Below, one piece after another: positions 9,266 through 18,705 of a DNA stretch of 64,000 bases (position 1 is the first letter of the stretch; every line of letters begins with the position of its first letter). Location of the stretch: the NCBI GenBank assembly GCA_047617985.1, contig JBLGBS010000003.1, positions 1 through 64,000 on the forward strand, read 5' to 3'. Both the position numbers and the translations under genes were made by a program. The notes beneath the pieces were generated by a model. That model was not told the origin of the DNA, ran no database searches, and worked only from the letters and a program-made list of their open reading frames with translations. The stretch comes from Candidatus Nanohaloarchaea archaeon (GTDB taxonomy: Archaea; Nanohalarchaeota; Nanosalinia; Nanosalinales; Nanosalinaceae).

Positions 9266-10540
9266 TCATCCTGCGATTTTTTCAGATTCCTCAGCTTCAA
9301 TAACCTTTCCGTCCTCAACTACCAGGCTTTTGATTTTGTCTTGAGATTTCTCCAGCTCTTCGAAGTAGTCTCTATCGTAGTTTATAGAGTCTTTAATATC
9401 AAATAAGCCGTTCATGAAGATGTCTATCTCCTTGTCTCCGATTATTTCCTCGTCTTTTCCACCTGCATGGAAGACTGCTTTCTCCAGCACCCGGTAGAGC
9501 TGGTCGTGCAGAAGGTTTTCCAGTTCTATCTCCTCACCTGTTTCGAGATCGAAAAGCTTGCTGTGGAGCATATCTCCGGCAAGGTTTCTATCTCCTCTTA
9601 TTATGAAGAACCTGCATTCCTCGTTTACGTATGCTTTCTGCTTTATTTCCGAGTACTGTCTCCTGAAGAATCTGTGGCCGGTTTTCTCCTTCAGGCTCTG
9701 TGAGGCAAACATAGCTTCCTCGCTCAACCCCATCCAGCTTGAGTGCAGTTTAAGTTTCGAGTTCCCGCATGAAAATTCGGCTTTTGTCATTCCTGTTGCG
9801 GTTTCCTGACTTACTTTCTCGGTGTAACCGCTGTACATGCCGGTAAGTTTCTCGCTTTCAGGGGTTTTCGGGTGGAAGTAACGGCATTCGGTGCTTTCAA
9901 GCTCCATGTCCAGGTCTACTCCTGCTTCTTCCAGCAGGTCAAGCGCGTAGATTTCGTGAACCATTTTGTCGAGAATGTCTCCACCTTTTACTCCAAGTCT
10001 GGCGGTGTTGTCGAGGGCTTTCTCTACGCCGATGGAGCTTTCTCTGAAGACCTCTATCTCCTCGATATCTCCTTCTTCAATTAATTCAACTGCCTTTCTA
10101 ACTACAGGACTTTCCCGCTCAATGAAGTCGGCTTTCCACATCGCCTCACCGTTCTGTGAGAGCTTTTTCTCTCTCATATGCTCTCCACGGTTCATTGAAG
10201 GCGGTTTTTCAGCTAGATGGAAGAAATCATTTTGCATTGACTGATAGATATGCTCGGCATGGTCGGTTGTCGATCCGGCATCGTATATCATTACCTGTGT
10301 TTCAGGCTCCTGACCATGTTTTCTAGCGTCGGAGTACATCTCCTCGGTTCTCTGGAATGTCTCTATCTCTATACCGTTTATCTCAGCGAACTGCTCCGCG
10401 CTCTCCAGAAGTTCGTAATCTTTTTCGCATACACCGCAAAGCTGTATTTTATCGAATTCACGGGAAAGCTCTACGAGCTTGTCGAAACCGTGTCGGCCGA
10501 AGTCTCCCAGCCCTATCTGGTAGATTTTTACTTCATCCAT
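9266..10540 (-). CDS. NAD(P)-binding Rossmann oxidoreductase (Gfo/Idh/MocA-like), probably a sugar-nucleotide dehydrogenase
   Basis: N-terminal IYQIGLGDFGRHG is a Rossmann GxGxxG. It sits at the head of the nucleotide-sugar operon, 4 bp from the next gene. Confidence 0.5.
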   Translation of the reverse strand: MDEVKIYQIGLGDFGRHGFDKLVELSREFDKIQLCGVCEKDYELLESAEQFAEINGIEIETFQRTEEMYSDARKHGQEPETQVMIYDAGSTTDHAEHIYQSMQNDFFHLAEKPPSMNRGEHMREKKLSQNGEAMWKADFIERESPVVRKAVELIEEGDIEEIEVFRESSIGVEKALDNTARLGVKGGDILDKMVHEIYALDLLEEAGVDLDMELESTECRYFHPKTPESEKLTGMYSGYTEKVSQETATGMTKAEFSCGNSKLKLHSSWMGLSEEAMFASQSLKEKTGHRFFRRQYSEIKQKAYVNEECRFFIIRGDRNLAGDMLHSKLFDLETGEEIELENLLHDQLYRVLEKAVFHAGGKDEEIIGDKEIDIFMNGLFDIKDSINYDRDYFEELEKSQDKIKSLVVEDGKVIEAEESEKIAG

Positions 10541-10776
10541 GTCTAGAAATTGGAACTGATCGGTTTAAAATGAACGGCTCAGGGGGAGGTGTTTCACCTC
10601 TTAGCTTTCTTCTCCTGAGCGACTTTTAGAGCTGTCTGGTAGTGCCTGACACAGAGAACGGAGATATCCTGCTCTGTCTCATGCACATGAACTCCTCTCA
10701 TTTCACATCCGTTTATACTGCAACTCACCACACACCACTATGTTGTTATTAGTGAGTAAACAATAAATAAGTGTGG

Positions 10777-11199
10777 TTATTTCAGCTTCTCAGCAGTCTC
10801 CTGGGCAAGTTCTCGGTCGTAATTTTCATCTTCAATTTCAGAGATTATATCATCTACAGAATTCATCCTCTTGCTGTAAAGGTGTGATAAGGAAGCCAAT
10901 CCTAGAGCCCCCGTGAGAGAAGCGGTTGCGGCTATAAGGCCTATTTCATCAGGACTGTATCCTGCTACAGGCTTCATTACTTCGGGTAGGTATTTGTGAC
11001 TGACTACTCCGGCTGGAACCCCCAGGGGCGATGCCAGGCCATATTTCATACTGGTCTCTCTGGAGTCTCTTGATTCATCATCTAGAGCTGTCTTCACCTG
11101 TTCCAGAGATTCAAACCGCCTTCCAGCCCCCCTGATACCTAGTTCAAGATTAATCATTTCCAAGTAATCTTCCTCTTCAAAGACTTCAAGATCTTCCAT
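10777..11199 (-). CDS. Hypothetical acidic protein
   Basis: 140-aa ORF with no recognisable motif. Confidence 0.4.
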   Translation of the reverse strand: MEDLEVFEEEDYLEMINLELGIRGAGRRFESLEQVKTALDDESRDSRETSMKYGLASPLGVPAGVVSHKYLPEVMKPVAGYSPDEIGLIAATASLTGALGLASLSHLYSKRMNSVDDIISEIEDENYDRELAQETAEKLK

Positions 11200-11249
11200 A
11201 GCAGAAATTTAACCTCCAGATATTTATCTGTTGTCACTAACTGATAGGC

Positions 11250-11624
11250 ATGGCCAAAACTCTCAGTGCTAGGGGATACTCTGAGGAAGAAGTTCGGATC
11301 ATCGAGAATATTGTTGAGGATTCAGACTATCTTGGGAGTAAATCAGATTTCATAAGAACCACATCTCAGTACGCGGTAGCCAAGAACTTAGAGTCATTTG
11401 AGCCGACTGTAGACAATTTTGAGGAAAAAATCGATGAACTGGGCCTTGACCAGCTTAGTTTCGATAAACTTAACTACTTTGATACCCTAACCTCGGCCTA
11501 TACATTAGCTGAAGATCCCGATATCACTGATGGGGAATACAGGAATATGATGGGTGAGCTGGCGGAGCGGAGGCTAAAGGAAGATTTTCCGGACAGCAGT
11601 CTAACAGAAAATTTACTTGAATAA
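11250..11624 (+). CDS. Hypothetical acidic protein
   Basis: 124-aa ORF, divergent from the previous gene. Confidence 0.4.
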   Translation: MAKTLSARGYSEEEVRIIENIVEDSDYLGSKSDFIRTTSQYAVAKNLESFEPTVDNFEEKIDELGLDQLSFDKLNYFDTLTSAYTLAEDPDITDGEYRNMMGELAERRLKEDFPDSSLTENLLE

Positions 11625-11680
11625 CTCCAACCCTATTTAAAACTTAAGCCCCCGTTCTTGGGTATAAGAGGTAGTTTAAA

Positions 11681-12202
11681 ATGGGAGATAGACCTGCAAG
11701 CATCTACAGAGAGAAACCGAACCAGCCGTACACAAGACAGTCACAGAAAGGAAAAGATAATTATATCAGCGGAGCACCGGCTCCGAGAGTCACACAGTAC
11801 GACATGGGAGCACGAAACACAGAGTTCGAGAAATCCGTAGTCCTACAGGTAGAGGAAGGATGCGGAATCAGATCAGAGGCTCTCGAGGCTGGAAGAATCG
11901 CAGCTAACTCCCACCTCAGCAAAGTTCTGGATCCTGAGGAGGAGTACTACATGAAGATTCTGCCTTACCCGCACCATGTTCTCAGGTACCACCCTCTTGC
12001 CGGTATCGCACAGGCAGACCGTTACTACGAAGGTATGCGTAAACCGTTCGGACGGCCGATCGGAAGAGCAGCACTTGTAGACGACGATCAGACAGTTTTC
12101 CGGGTAAGAGTAGATGAGGGAGACCAGCAGGAAGCAAAGAAAGCTCTCGAGCGAGCTAACCACAAGATGCCTGTATCCTGTAGAGTCAAGATCGAAAAAT
12201 AA
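11681..12202 (+). CDS. rpl10e: 50S ribosomal protein L10e (uL16)
   Basis: N-terminus RPASIYREKPNQPYTR... and ...GMRKPFGRPIGRAA are typical of archaeal L10e/eukaryotic L10. Confidence 0.9.
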   Translation: MGDRPASIYREKPNQPYTRQSQKGKDNYISGAPAPRVTQYDMGARNTEFEKSVVLQVEEGCGIRSEALEAGRIAANSHLSKVLDPEEEYYMKILPYPHHVLRYHPLAGIAQADRYYEGMRKPFGRPIGRAALVDDDQTVFRVRVDEGDQQEAKKALERANHKMPVSCRVKIEK

Positions 12203-12274
12203 ATTTTCTTCCTCATTTTCCAAACTCTTTGTTTTTCCCACAGTTATTAATTTCTCCATTCTCCAATACTGGCT

Positions 12275-13834
12275 ATGGTTGAATGGAAAGGCCGGCTGGA
12301 AGGAGAAGTGGGAGAAAAAGCACAGATGCTTGATAAAATTGAACGGTTTCCGGTTCCCAACTTCTTTGTGATAACTTCAGAAGAGCTTGAGCAGATCTTC
12401 AATGGAAAAGCATCCTCAGAGCAGATACTTAATGCAAGCATAGGATCTGAGCAGAAAGGCGAGATCAAGGACGCCTACAAAGACATCGGCATGAGCTCCG
12501 AGGTCAGAAACGCAGCCGGAAGAGCGAAAAACCTTGTAGGCGGTCAGAGGAATAACCAGCTGGTCTCCATCAGAGTATCAGAAAACGGAAGGAGTTCAAA
12601 GTACAGATTGAATATTGGATCTTCCAACCTGTTTGACGCTATAAAAGACGTGGCAAGCTCCTATTATGGAAAAGAGCAGGAAATGCCTTCGCTGATAGTT
12701 CAGAAAATGGTTGAGCCTGAGTTCTCCGGATCAGTTATTTTAGGTGAACGCGGTGAACCGGATCTTGTGGAGGTGGTTGAAGGACTTGGAACCTCGCTTG
12801 AAGAAGGTGAGAACCAGCCGTATTTCTACACACGCGACGCCGGAGAGATCGATTCCAAGAAACCGGAGGAGCATCTTAAGGTCTCCAGAAATCCGATTAA
12901 CGGAGATGACAGGGAGAAAAAGGTTGAACCGGAACTGCCATTCGAGAAAACTGATATCGACGATCTTCTTGAAAAACTGGGGTCAGAAGGACTGAATATC
13001 AAGTTCGCTTACAAGAGAGGAGATTTCCATATTGTTGACGCCTGGAAGGAAGAAACCGAGCATGAGGTTCTGAAAAATCCTGAGATCCAGGGTGTTAAAG
13101 TTTCAGAAGGTGATATTAGCGGGACAGTAGGCCAAGAAATAACTTATTCCGAGAAAACACTGCCTCCAGAGGATTACAGAAAACATTTGGTTGCCCGCAC
13201 AGGCGGTTACACCAGCAGAGACGCGGAAAAGGCTCGACAGCAGGGAAAAACAGCAGTCTTCAGCTTCACGGAGAAGCTTGAGCCCGGTCAGAGGATAAAC
13301 ATGCAGGAGGATAAAAACTCCAGGAATGAAAGACAGTCCAGAATGGATGGCGGGAAGAGCGATGACTTCCCTTTCTCACAGAAACCTGATTCCTCCGGTA
13401 AAAAAGTAGAAAATCCAGAGGCAGGTGTTCTGGCGACAGAGGTACTGCCGTTGAACCCTAGAAACGGAAGAGGTGTTTTCACATCACCGCCCTACGGAGA
13501 AGGATACAATCTGACGGATCGACCCTCGGACGAAAACGATTTCTCCAGGAAAAGCTACGTCGACAGCTGTGAGAAAGCTTTCCTGTTTGAACAGGATAGA
13601 CTGATGCTTGATGTAAGAAAGCTCGGAAAGGAGAAGAAAGAAGTTATGGCCTATCTGGATGCAGATACCAAGGTTTTGATCGTCGGAAACCCGGAGCTAG
13701 AGGTGCTTGTGGAAGCTGTTCGGAATGGTTTTGAAGCGGTTTCATGTGAGAAACGTTTCATCGACGATCTGAAAGCAAAAATGGCAAGAGCGGAGAAAAA
13801 ATTCATGCTGGAGAAACTTCAGGAACTGAACTGA
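12275..13834 (+). CDS. Stand-alone PEP-utilising-enzyme N-terminal (PPDK_N, ATP-grasp-like) domain protein with a long low-complexity acidic C-terminal region
   Basis: GEVGEKAQMLDKIERFPVPNFFVITSEE..., QKMVEPEFSGSVILGE and EVVEGLGTSLEEG match the PEP synthase/PPDK nucleotide-binding domain. No phospho-His or PEP-binding domain follows. Confidence 0.55.
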   Translation: MVEWKGRLEGEVGEKAQMLDKIERFPVPNFFVITSEELEQIFNGKASSEQILNASIGSEQKGEIKDAYKDIGMSSEVRNAAGRAKNLVGGQRNNQLVSIRVSENGRSSKYRLNIGSSNLFDAIKDVASSYYGKEQEMPSLIVQKMVEPEFSGSVILGERGEPDLVEVVEGLGTSLEEGENQPYFYTRDAGEIDSKKPEEHLKVSRNPINGDDREKKVEPELPFEKTDIDDLLEKLGSEGLNIKFAYKRGDFHIVDAWKEETEHEVLKNPEIQGVKVSEGDISGTVGQEITYSEKTLPPEDYRKHLVARTGGYTSRDAEKARQQGKTAVFSFTEKLEPGQRINMQEDKNSRNERQSRMDGGKSDDFPFSQKPDSSGKKVENPEAGVLATEVLPLNPRNGRGVFTSPPYGEGYNLTDRPSDENDFSRKSYVDSCEKAFLFEQDRLMLDVRKLGKEKKEVMAYLDADTKVLIVGNPELEVLVEAVRNGFEAVSCEKRFIDDLKAKMARAEKKFMLEKLQELN

Positions 13835-13912
13835 TCCAAAAGCCCTGACTAATATCTAATTCTTCTCAGGTAATCAGATCTAACTAAAAAAGTTGCTGAT
13901 CCAGTTCTAAGT

Positions 13913-14920
13913 ATGAGCCAGGATCAAAAGCAGGAGAGAGCACAGTTCAACTATGAAACTTTTGATGAAATCCTTGAAGAGATCAAGGAGAAAGACTACG
14001 ATAAAATCGGGCTTCAAGGGCCTGATGGAATCAAACCACAGATAGTTGATTTTGCATCAGATCTTCAGGAAGAAGGTTTTGAAACAGTGATTGTAGGTGC
14101 TTCAACTTTCGGTGCCTGCGGGATCGCAGATGAAAAGGTCAAGAGAATGGGTGCGGATGCCCTAATCCATGTCGGTCACACAAGATTTCTACACCCTGAG
14201 AAAGCGGATATGAAGGACTACGATGTTTTCTACCTGCCTTACAGAGAGAACCGTGATCTGATGAGTGTCCTGGAGGAGCACTATGAAGAGATTCCAGAAG
14301 ATGAAACACTGGGTTTAGTAGGAGTTACTCAGTATATGGATAGAGCTGAGAAAGCACGCGACTTCCTTGAAAGCAAAGGCTACGAAGTTGTTGAAGGTAA
14401 GACAGGGCTTCGAACCTCAGAGCCGGGACAGGTACTGGGATGTGACGCAGGCGCAGCTCACAACATCGCCCACAAAGTCGATGCTTTCGTCTTCCTCGGC
14501 TCCGGACACTTCCACCCTTCACAAGTATCAGAGGCAGGGAAGAAAGTGTATGTAGTGGATCCATACGAAAAACATATCTGGATAGAACCCGCTAACTCTC
14601 TTGACGACGAGATGCAGGCAGAGTACGCCCGCGTCCTGAAACATAAAGACGAGGAAAAATGGGGTATTGTAACCTCCTCGAAAAAAGGCCAGAACTACAT
14701 GAGAGCAGTTGAGATAGCCAAGGAGAAACTGGAGAAACATGGAAAAGATGTCTATGTCTTCGTTGAAGACAGGATTTTTGAAGCAGACTACAAAGGCTAC
14801 GGCATCGATATCTATGTCAACTGCGCATGTCCCCGCATGACAAAGGACTGGCAGGATCTATCATTTGTATCACCTAGAGCCCTTCAGGTTCTGGATGACG
14901 ACTTTGGGGACGAGGAGTAA
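13913..14920 (+). CDS. dph2: Diphthamide synthase Dph2 (2-(3-amino-3-carboxypropyl)histidine synthase)
   Basis: It has the three conserved Cys-containing segments of archaeal Dph2 (TFGACGIAD, GCDAGAAHNIAH, NCACPRMT). Length is 335 aa. Confidence 0.8.
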   Translation: MSQDQKQERAQFNYETFDEILEEIKEKDYDKIGLQGPDGIKPQIVDFASDLQEEGFETVIVGASTFGACGIADEKVKRMGADALIHVGHTRFLHPEKADMKDYDVFYLPYRENRDLMSVLEEHYEEIPEDETLGLVGVTQYMDRAEKARDFLESKGYEVVEGKTGLRTSEPGQVLGCDAGAAHNIAHKVDAFVFLGSGHFHPSQVSEAGKKVYVVDPYEKHIWIEPANSLDDEMQAEYARVLKHKDEEKWGIVTSSKKGQNYMRAVEIAKEKLEKHGKDVYVFVEDRIFEADYKGYGIDIYVNCACPRMTKDWQDLSFVSPRALQVLDDDFGDEE

Positions 14921-14956
14921 CCGGAAGATTTATCTACTGGCGTCCAAATTATAATT

Positions 14957-15241
14957 ATGTCGACGGATACTGTGGACAATTGGGTTTCTGAATGGTCTGA
15001 AAAGGTTGATTCCTTAATTGAAGAGGTAAATGGAGACGAGATTAGAGTTGATCCGGACGATTATTCTGTAAGAGAGCTTCAAAACGGAGATTATGTCATA
15101 AGCACTCCGGGAAAAACATACCTGGTGTCTGAGGATAATATATCTGAACATCCAAAAGGTAGAAAAGCTGAAGGATATGATCTATATGACCAGGATATTG
15201 AGGAAGAGATTCGGGAAATGCTGGAGGATCAACTCCAGTAA
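14957..15241 (+). CDS. Hypothetical small acidic protein
   Basis: 94-aa ORF. It overlaps the convergent downstream gene by 13 bp. Confidence 0.4.
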   Translation: MSTDTVDNWVSEWSEKVDSLIEEVNGDEIRVDPDDYSVRELQNGDYVISTPGKTYLVSEDNISEHPKGRKAEGYDLYDQDIEEEIREMLEDQLQ

Positions 15242-16416
15242 TCTTTATCTAGAAGCTTCTCTCTATCCTCTACCTTTTCTTTTTCTCTAATCAGTCTCTT
15301 GATCTCCTCCTGACCCCGTGTGAAACCAATCATTACAGCTCCAACCAGGCGGTCATCGTTGAAAAATAGTCTGCGGTAATGGTCTTCTCCCTCATACTTT
15401 CTCGAAACCGGTTCGCCGTTCCAGTCGCCAATCGCTAGGAACTGGGCGCTGAAATGACCTACACCGTATGTATTCACATAGTCAAAGTCTTCATCTTCAC
15501 CAGCCATGTTTTTTCCAGCTGTCTCCCCCATCTCCTCTGAGTGATCCCAGGAACCGTTTACAGTTCGTTTCTCGAAAACCGGGGAGTAGTACTCCACCAT
15601 GTTGCCCGCTGAGTAGATATGCTCACTGGAGGTCTGAAGATTTTCATCAGTTTTGATCATCTCCGAACTGTTTTTCTCGACATCGAGTATATCAGAGTTC
15701 GGTGTCTGACCTATAGCAACAGCCACAGCATCACATCCATATTCCTCACCATTGCTTGCCTTGACCTGTTTAATCTCACCGTTCTCGGCTTCAAACTCTT
15801 CTACAACGGTATCAGTTATAATTTCAACGCCTTTTTCCTCAAGTTTTTGATGTATGATTTCGGCGCCTTTCTGATCGAGTCCTCTGCTCCACCAGCACTC
15901 ATCTTTGATCAGATAGTAGGTCTCTGCATCGTTCTGGGCATAAGCCATCGCAAGGTCAATCCCGAGTAAACCTCCGCCGGCAACAACCGCTTTATCTGCT
16001 CCCTCAGCGGATTCTTTGATTGTTTCCGCATCATCCATAGTCCACATGTAGTGCAGGTTGTCAAATCCTGTGTCCTGTGGAAGCTTTCGTGGGGAACCGC
16101 CTGTCGCGATTAAGAGTTTGTCGTACTCAAAGCTTTCTCCATCTTCTGTCTTCACTTTCTGATTATCTTTATCGACATTTTCTATCCTTGTTTCGAGGCG
16201 GAGATCGATATCTCTCTTTTCGTACCAGTTTTCATCGTGAACCCGGGTGTACTGTTTTGGAAGTGTGCCTTTCATGTAGGTCTTCAGCATGATCCGGTTG
16301 TACAGGGGTTCGGACTCCTCTGTGAAAATCTTTATCTCAGCTTCTTCATCATGTTCTCTGACCTCTTCTGCTGCTGTAGCCCCTGCTATCCCATCTCCGA
16401 TTATCACATGCTTCAT
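15229..16416 (-). CDS. FAD-dependent pyridine nucleotide-disulfide oxidoreductase (NADH oxidase / CoA-disulfide reductase-like)
   Basis: Two dinucleotide-binding motifs: VIIGDGIAGATAA (FAD) and AVVAGGGLLGIDLA (NAD). It also has the central LIATGGSP. Confidence 0.75.
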   Translation of the reverse strand: MKHVIIGDGIAGATAAEEVREHDEEAEIKIFTEESEPLYNRIMLKTYMKGTLPKQYTRVHDENWYEKRDIDLRLETRIENVDKDNQKVKTEDGESFEYDKLLIATGGSPRKLPQDTGFDNLHYMWTMDDAETIKESAEGADKAVVAGGGLLGIDLAMAYAQNDAETYYLIKDECWWSRGLDQKGAEIIHQKLEEKGVEIITDTVVEEFEAENGEIKQVKASNGEEYGCDAVAVAIGQTPNSDILDVEKNSSEMIKTDENLQTSSEHIYSAGNMVEYYSPVFEKRTVNGSWDHSEEMGETAGKNMAGEDEDFDYVNTYGVGHFSAQFLAIGDWNGEPVSRKYEGEDHYRRLFFNDDRLVGAVMIGFTRGQEEIKRLIREKEKVEDREKLLDKDYWS

Positions 16417-16441
16417 ACGGTATCATCTTTTCGCCATCTAT

Positions 16442-17710
16442 TTATTTCCCTTTCTCCACAAGATACCATTCTCCGTTCCATGAAAATACGTATTCTAGAG
16501 CTGCTTTGAGAGCGATCAGGCCGGAAACCAGCAGTATGATGAAAGTGAAAAGTGAGAAGAATCCGATGAAATCTATTCCCTCGATTTTTCTGTCGCTGGC
16601 AGATACTATGATTGGGGCGAGAGCTGTTACCAGTATAGGGAGCAGGTAAAACACTTGGAGCCCAAGCACGACCAGTACAAAGAAGTTGGAGAACAGTATA
16701 AGTATCAGTATCGGGAATGTGAAGCTGAAAAAGGATCTGAGTAGTGAGAAAACTTCTTTTCTTCTCGGTGATTCTCTATAATCTCTTTTCAGGCCTTTAT
16801 GGAAGATCTGCACTACCCCCATCAACCATCTTTTTCTCTGGTTCCAGAAATCTTTCCAGGTATGAGGAGCCTCCATCAGGTTTGTGTATCTTCTGTCGGA
16901 CTTGACAGGAATATCGTGTCTCCAGCATTTGTGCGCGAAATCAATATCTTCCGTAAGCATATCATCGTAGCCGTTCGCTTTCTCCCATGCCTCATCTGTC
17001 AGGATTGTAGACGAAGACTTGGCATACGGGAATCCCAGAAGTCCCTGAAGCTTGTAAGCTGCGTGGAAAATTGCCCGCTCGCAGTAGCTGAATTTTTCAA
17101 CTAACCCGTCCGGTATAGGTACTCTTCTGCCCTGGAAAACCATGTATTTAGTGCCTTTAAGGTATCCTATTCCATGACCTATGAAGTCCTCGCTAACAAC
17201 CTCGTCAGCATCAAAAATAGCGAAGTACTTTGAATCACGTTCCTCAAACACTGTGTTTATAGCGCCGGCTTTTGAACCCGGATATTTATTGATAACAACT
17301 TCGCAGTCCAGCTTTTCTGCTGCTTCGATACTCCTCTCGTCACCCTCTTCACATACGACATTTATCCTCAGATCATTGTAGTTTGACTGTTGAAGACTTT
17401 CTACAGATTTGTGGAGTACATTGTGGTCTCTGTAGACCGGTACTATAGCTTCTACCGGGTCGCTGTTGTTTACAGGCTCTCTCTTTTCTCCCAGATGAAG
17501 TTCCTTGTAAAGAAGGAAGCAGGCGAATAGAGTTGTCAAACTGAACCCTATGCTGGAATAAAGCGCCTCTATAGTGCTTATTCTAACAACAAAAAAGAAC
17601 AGGTCAAGCGATCTAGTAACAGGGCTTAATCCTTCGATAAAACCCCATAGGAGCATGATGACTGAGATAAGTCCGAACATCGCGTACTCCACGGACTTTG
17701 CTAATCCCAT
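16442..17710 (-). CDS. Membrane-integrated family-2 glycosyltransferase (processive, cellulose/chitin-synthase-like)
   Basis: DAD and DxD motifs (AIFDADEVV) plus QRKRW (Q-x-x-R-W). TM helices flank the catalytic domain. Confidence 0.75.
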   Translation of the reverse strand: MGLAKSVEYAMFGLISVIMLLWGFIEGLSPVTRSLDLFFFVVRISTIEALYSSIGFSLTTLFACFLLYKELHLGEKREPVNNSDPVEAIVPVYRDHNVLHKSVESLQQSNYNDLRINVVCEEGDERSIEAAEKLDCEVVINKYPGSKAGAINTVFEERDSKYFAIFDADEVVSEDFIGHGIGYLKGTKYMVFQGRRVPIPDGLVEKFSYCERAIFHAAYKLQGLLGFPYAKSSSTILTDEAWEKANGYDDMLTEDIDFAHKCWRHDIPVKSDRRYTNLMEAPHTWKDFWNQRKRWLMGVVQIFHKGLKRDYRESPRRKEVFSLLRSFFSFTFPILILILFSNFFVLVVLGLQVFYLLPILVTALAPIIVSASDRKIEGIDFIGFFSLFTFIILLVSGLIALKAALEYVFSWNGEWYLVEKGK

Positions 17711-17833
17711 GTTTAACCGTGAGATGGAATGCTTAAAAATATAGATGGAGAACTCGTACCTGCTGGATAGTCCAGCTTTCCGGCTACTCCATTATTATAA
17801 ATGTTACAGCCTAATCCGGTTATACTAGCTTAA

Positions 17834-17908
17834 GCGGAGCTGGTGTAGTCTGGCCCATCATATCACCCTGTCACGGTGATGACCCGGGTTCAAATCCCGG
17901 GCTCCGCG
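17834..17908 (+). tRNA. tRNA-Asp (anticodon GTC)
   Basis: Cloverleaf read by hand. Acceptor GCGGAGC/GCTCCGC, anticodon stem TCACC/GGTGA with loop CTGTCAC, T-arm CCGGG-TTCAAAT-CCCGG, discriminator G. Confidence 0.85.
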
Positions 17909-17922
17909 CTCTTAATTTCTGT

Positions 17923-18705
17923 TCAGGTAAATCCTTCATATCCAGCGTCGTCATCTTCGATATCGACTTCTTTATGATCTGTGAAATCTCTGCTTTCCAG
18001 ATCTGTGTTCTCTTTCTGTTCTTCGGTTTCTACGTATCCATCCATTATATCTTCAATGGTTTTCCTATCTTCTTCAGAACTGTAACCTGGGTTCTCTGCT
18101 CCGGTTTCTTCCTTTTCGTTCTCAGGTTCGAAAGGGTATAGTTCGGTGAGGGATTCACTGAAACAGCTGTATATTTCATCGGTCGGTATTTTTGAGATCT
18201 GCGCCACATACGGGTTGCCGGCGATTTCTTCCAGTTCATCCCTGTATCTTTCTCGGACTTCTCCAATCTGCCAGGTCACAGGTGTGGAGTTGCCGAACTT
18301 GAAATCTTCCTCAAACCGATCATCCGGTATTTCCAGGTAGTTCGATAGATCTGACATTATTTCCCCAATTCTGGGGCTGGAGAACTCTACCCAGTAGCTT
18401 GTTTTCAGCTCTTCTGAGATTTTGTCTGTTTTCTGATAGCTGGAATCGGATTCAAGGATAAATTTTGCCATCACCTGGAATTCGCCGGGATGCTTTCTTC
18501 CTTCTCCAGGCAGGAAGTACGAGTTTGTTTTACCTGACCGATTAACCTCTATTTCCCCGCTTTCCTCAAGTCTCTCAACCGTGCTTTTGACCTTGGTCTG
18601 GCTGAAACTCGCTTCTTCTATCAGTTCCTGCTGTTTCCCTATATAACCGCCTTTCTCATCCAGTATTCTGATTACTTCTTCCCCTGAATTTTCAGATTCC
18701 GACAT
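17923..18705 (-). CDS. Winged-HTH domain protein with an acidic C-terminal tail
   Basis: The N-terminal 70 aa resemble a MarR/TrmB-like wHTH (ELIEEASFSQTKVKSTVERLEESGEIEV). Confidence 0.4.
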   Translation of the reverse strand: MSESENSGEEVIRILDEKGGYIGKQQELIEEASFSQTKVKSTVERLEESGEIEVNRSGKTNSYFLPGEGRKHPGEFQVMAKFILESDSSYQKTDKISEELKTSYWVEFSSPRIGEIMSDLSNYLEIPDDRFEEDFKFGNSTPVTWQIGEVRERYRDELEEIAGNPYVAQISKIPTDEIYSCFSESLTELYPFEPENEKEETGAENPGYSSEEDRKTIEDIMDGYVETEEQKENTDLESRDFTDHKEVDIEDDDAGYEGFT

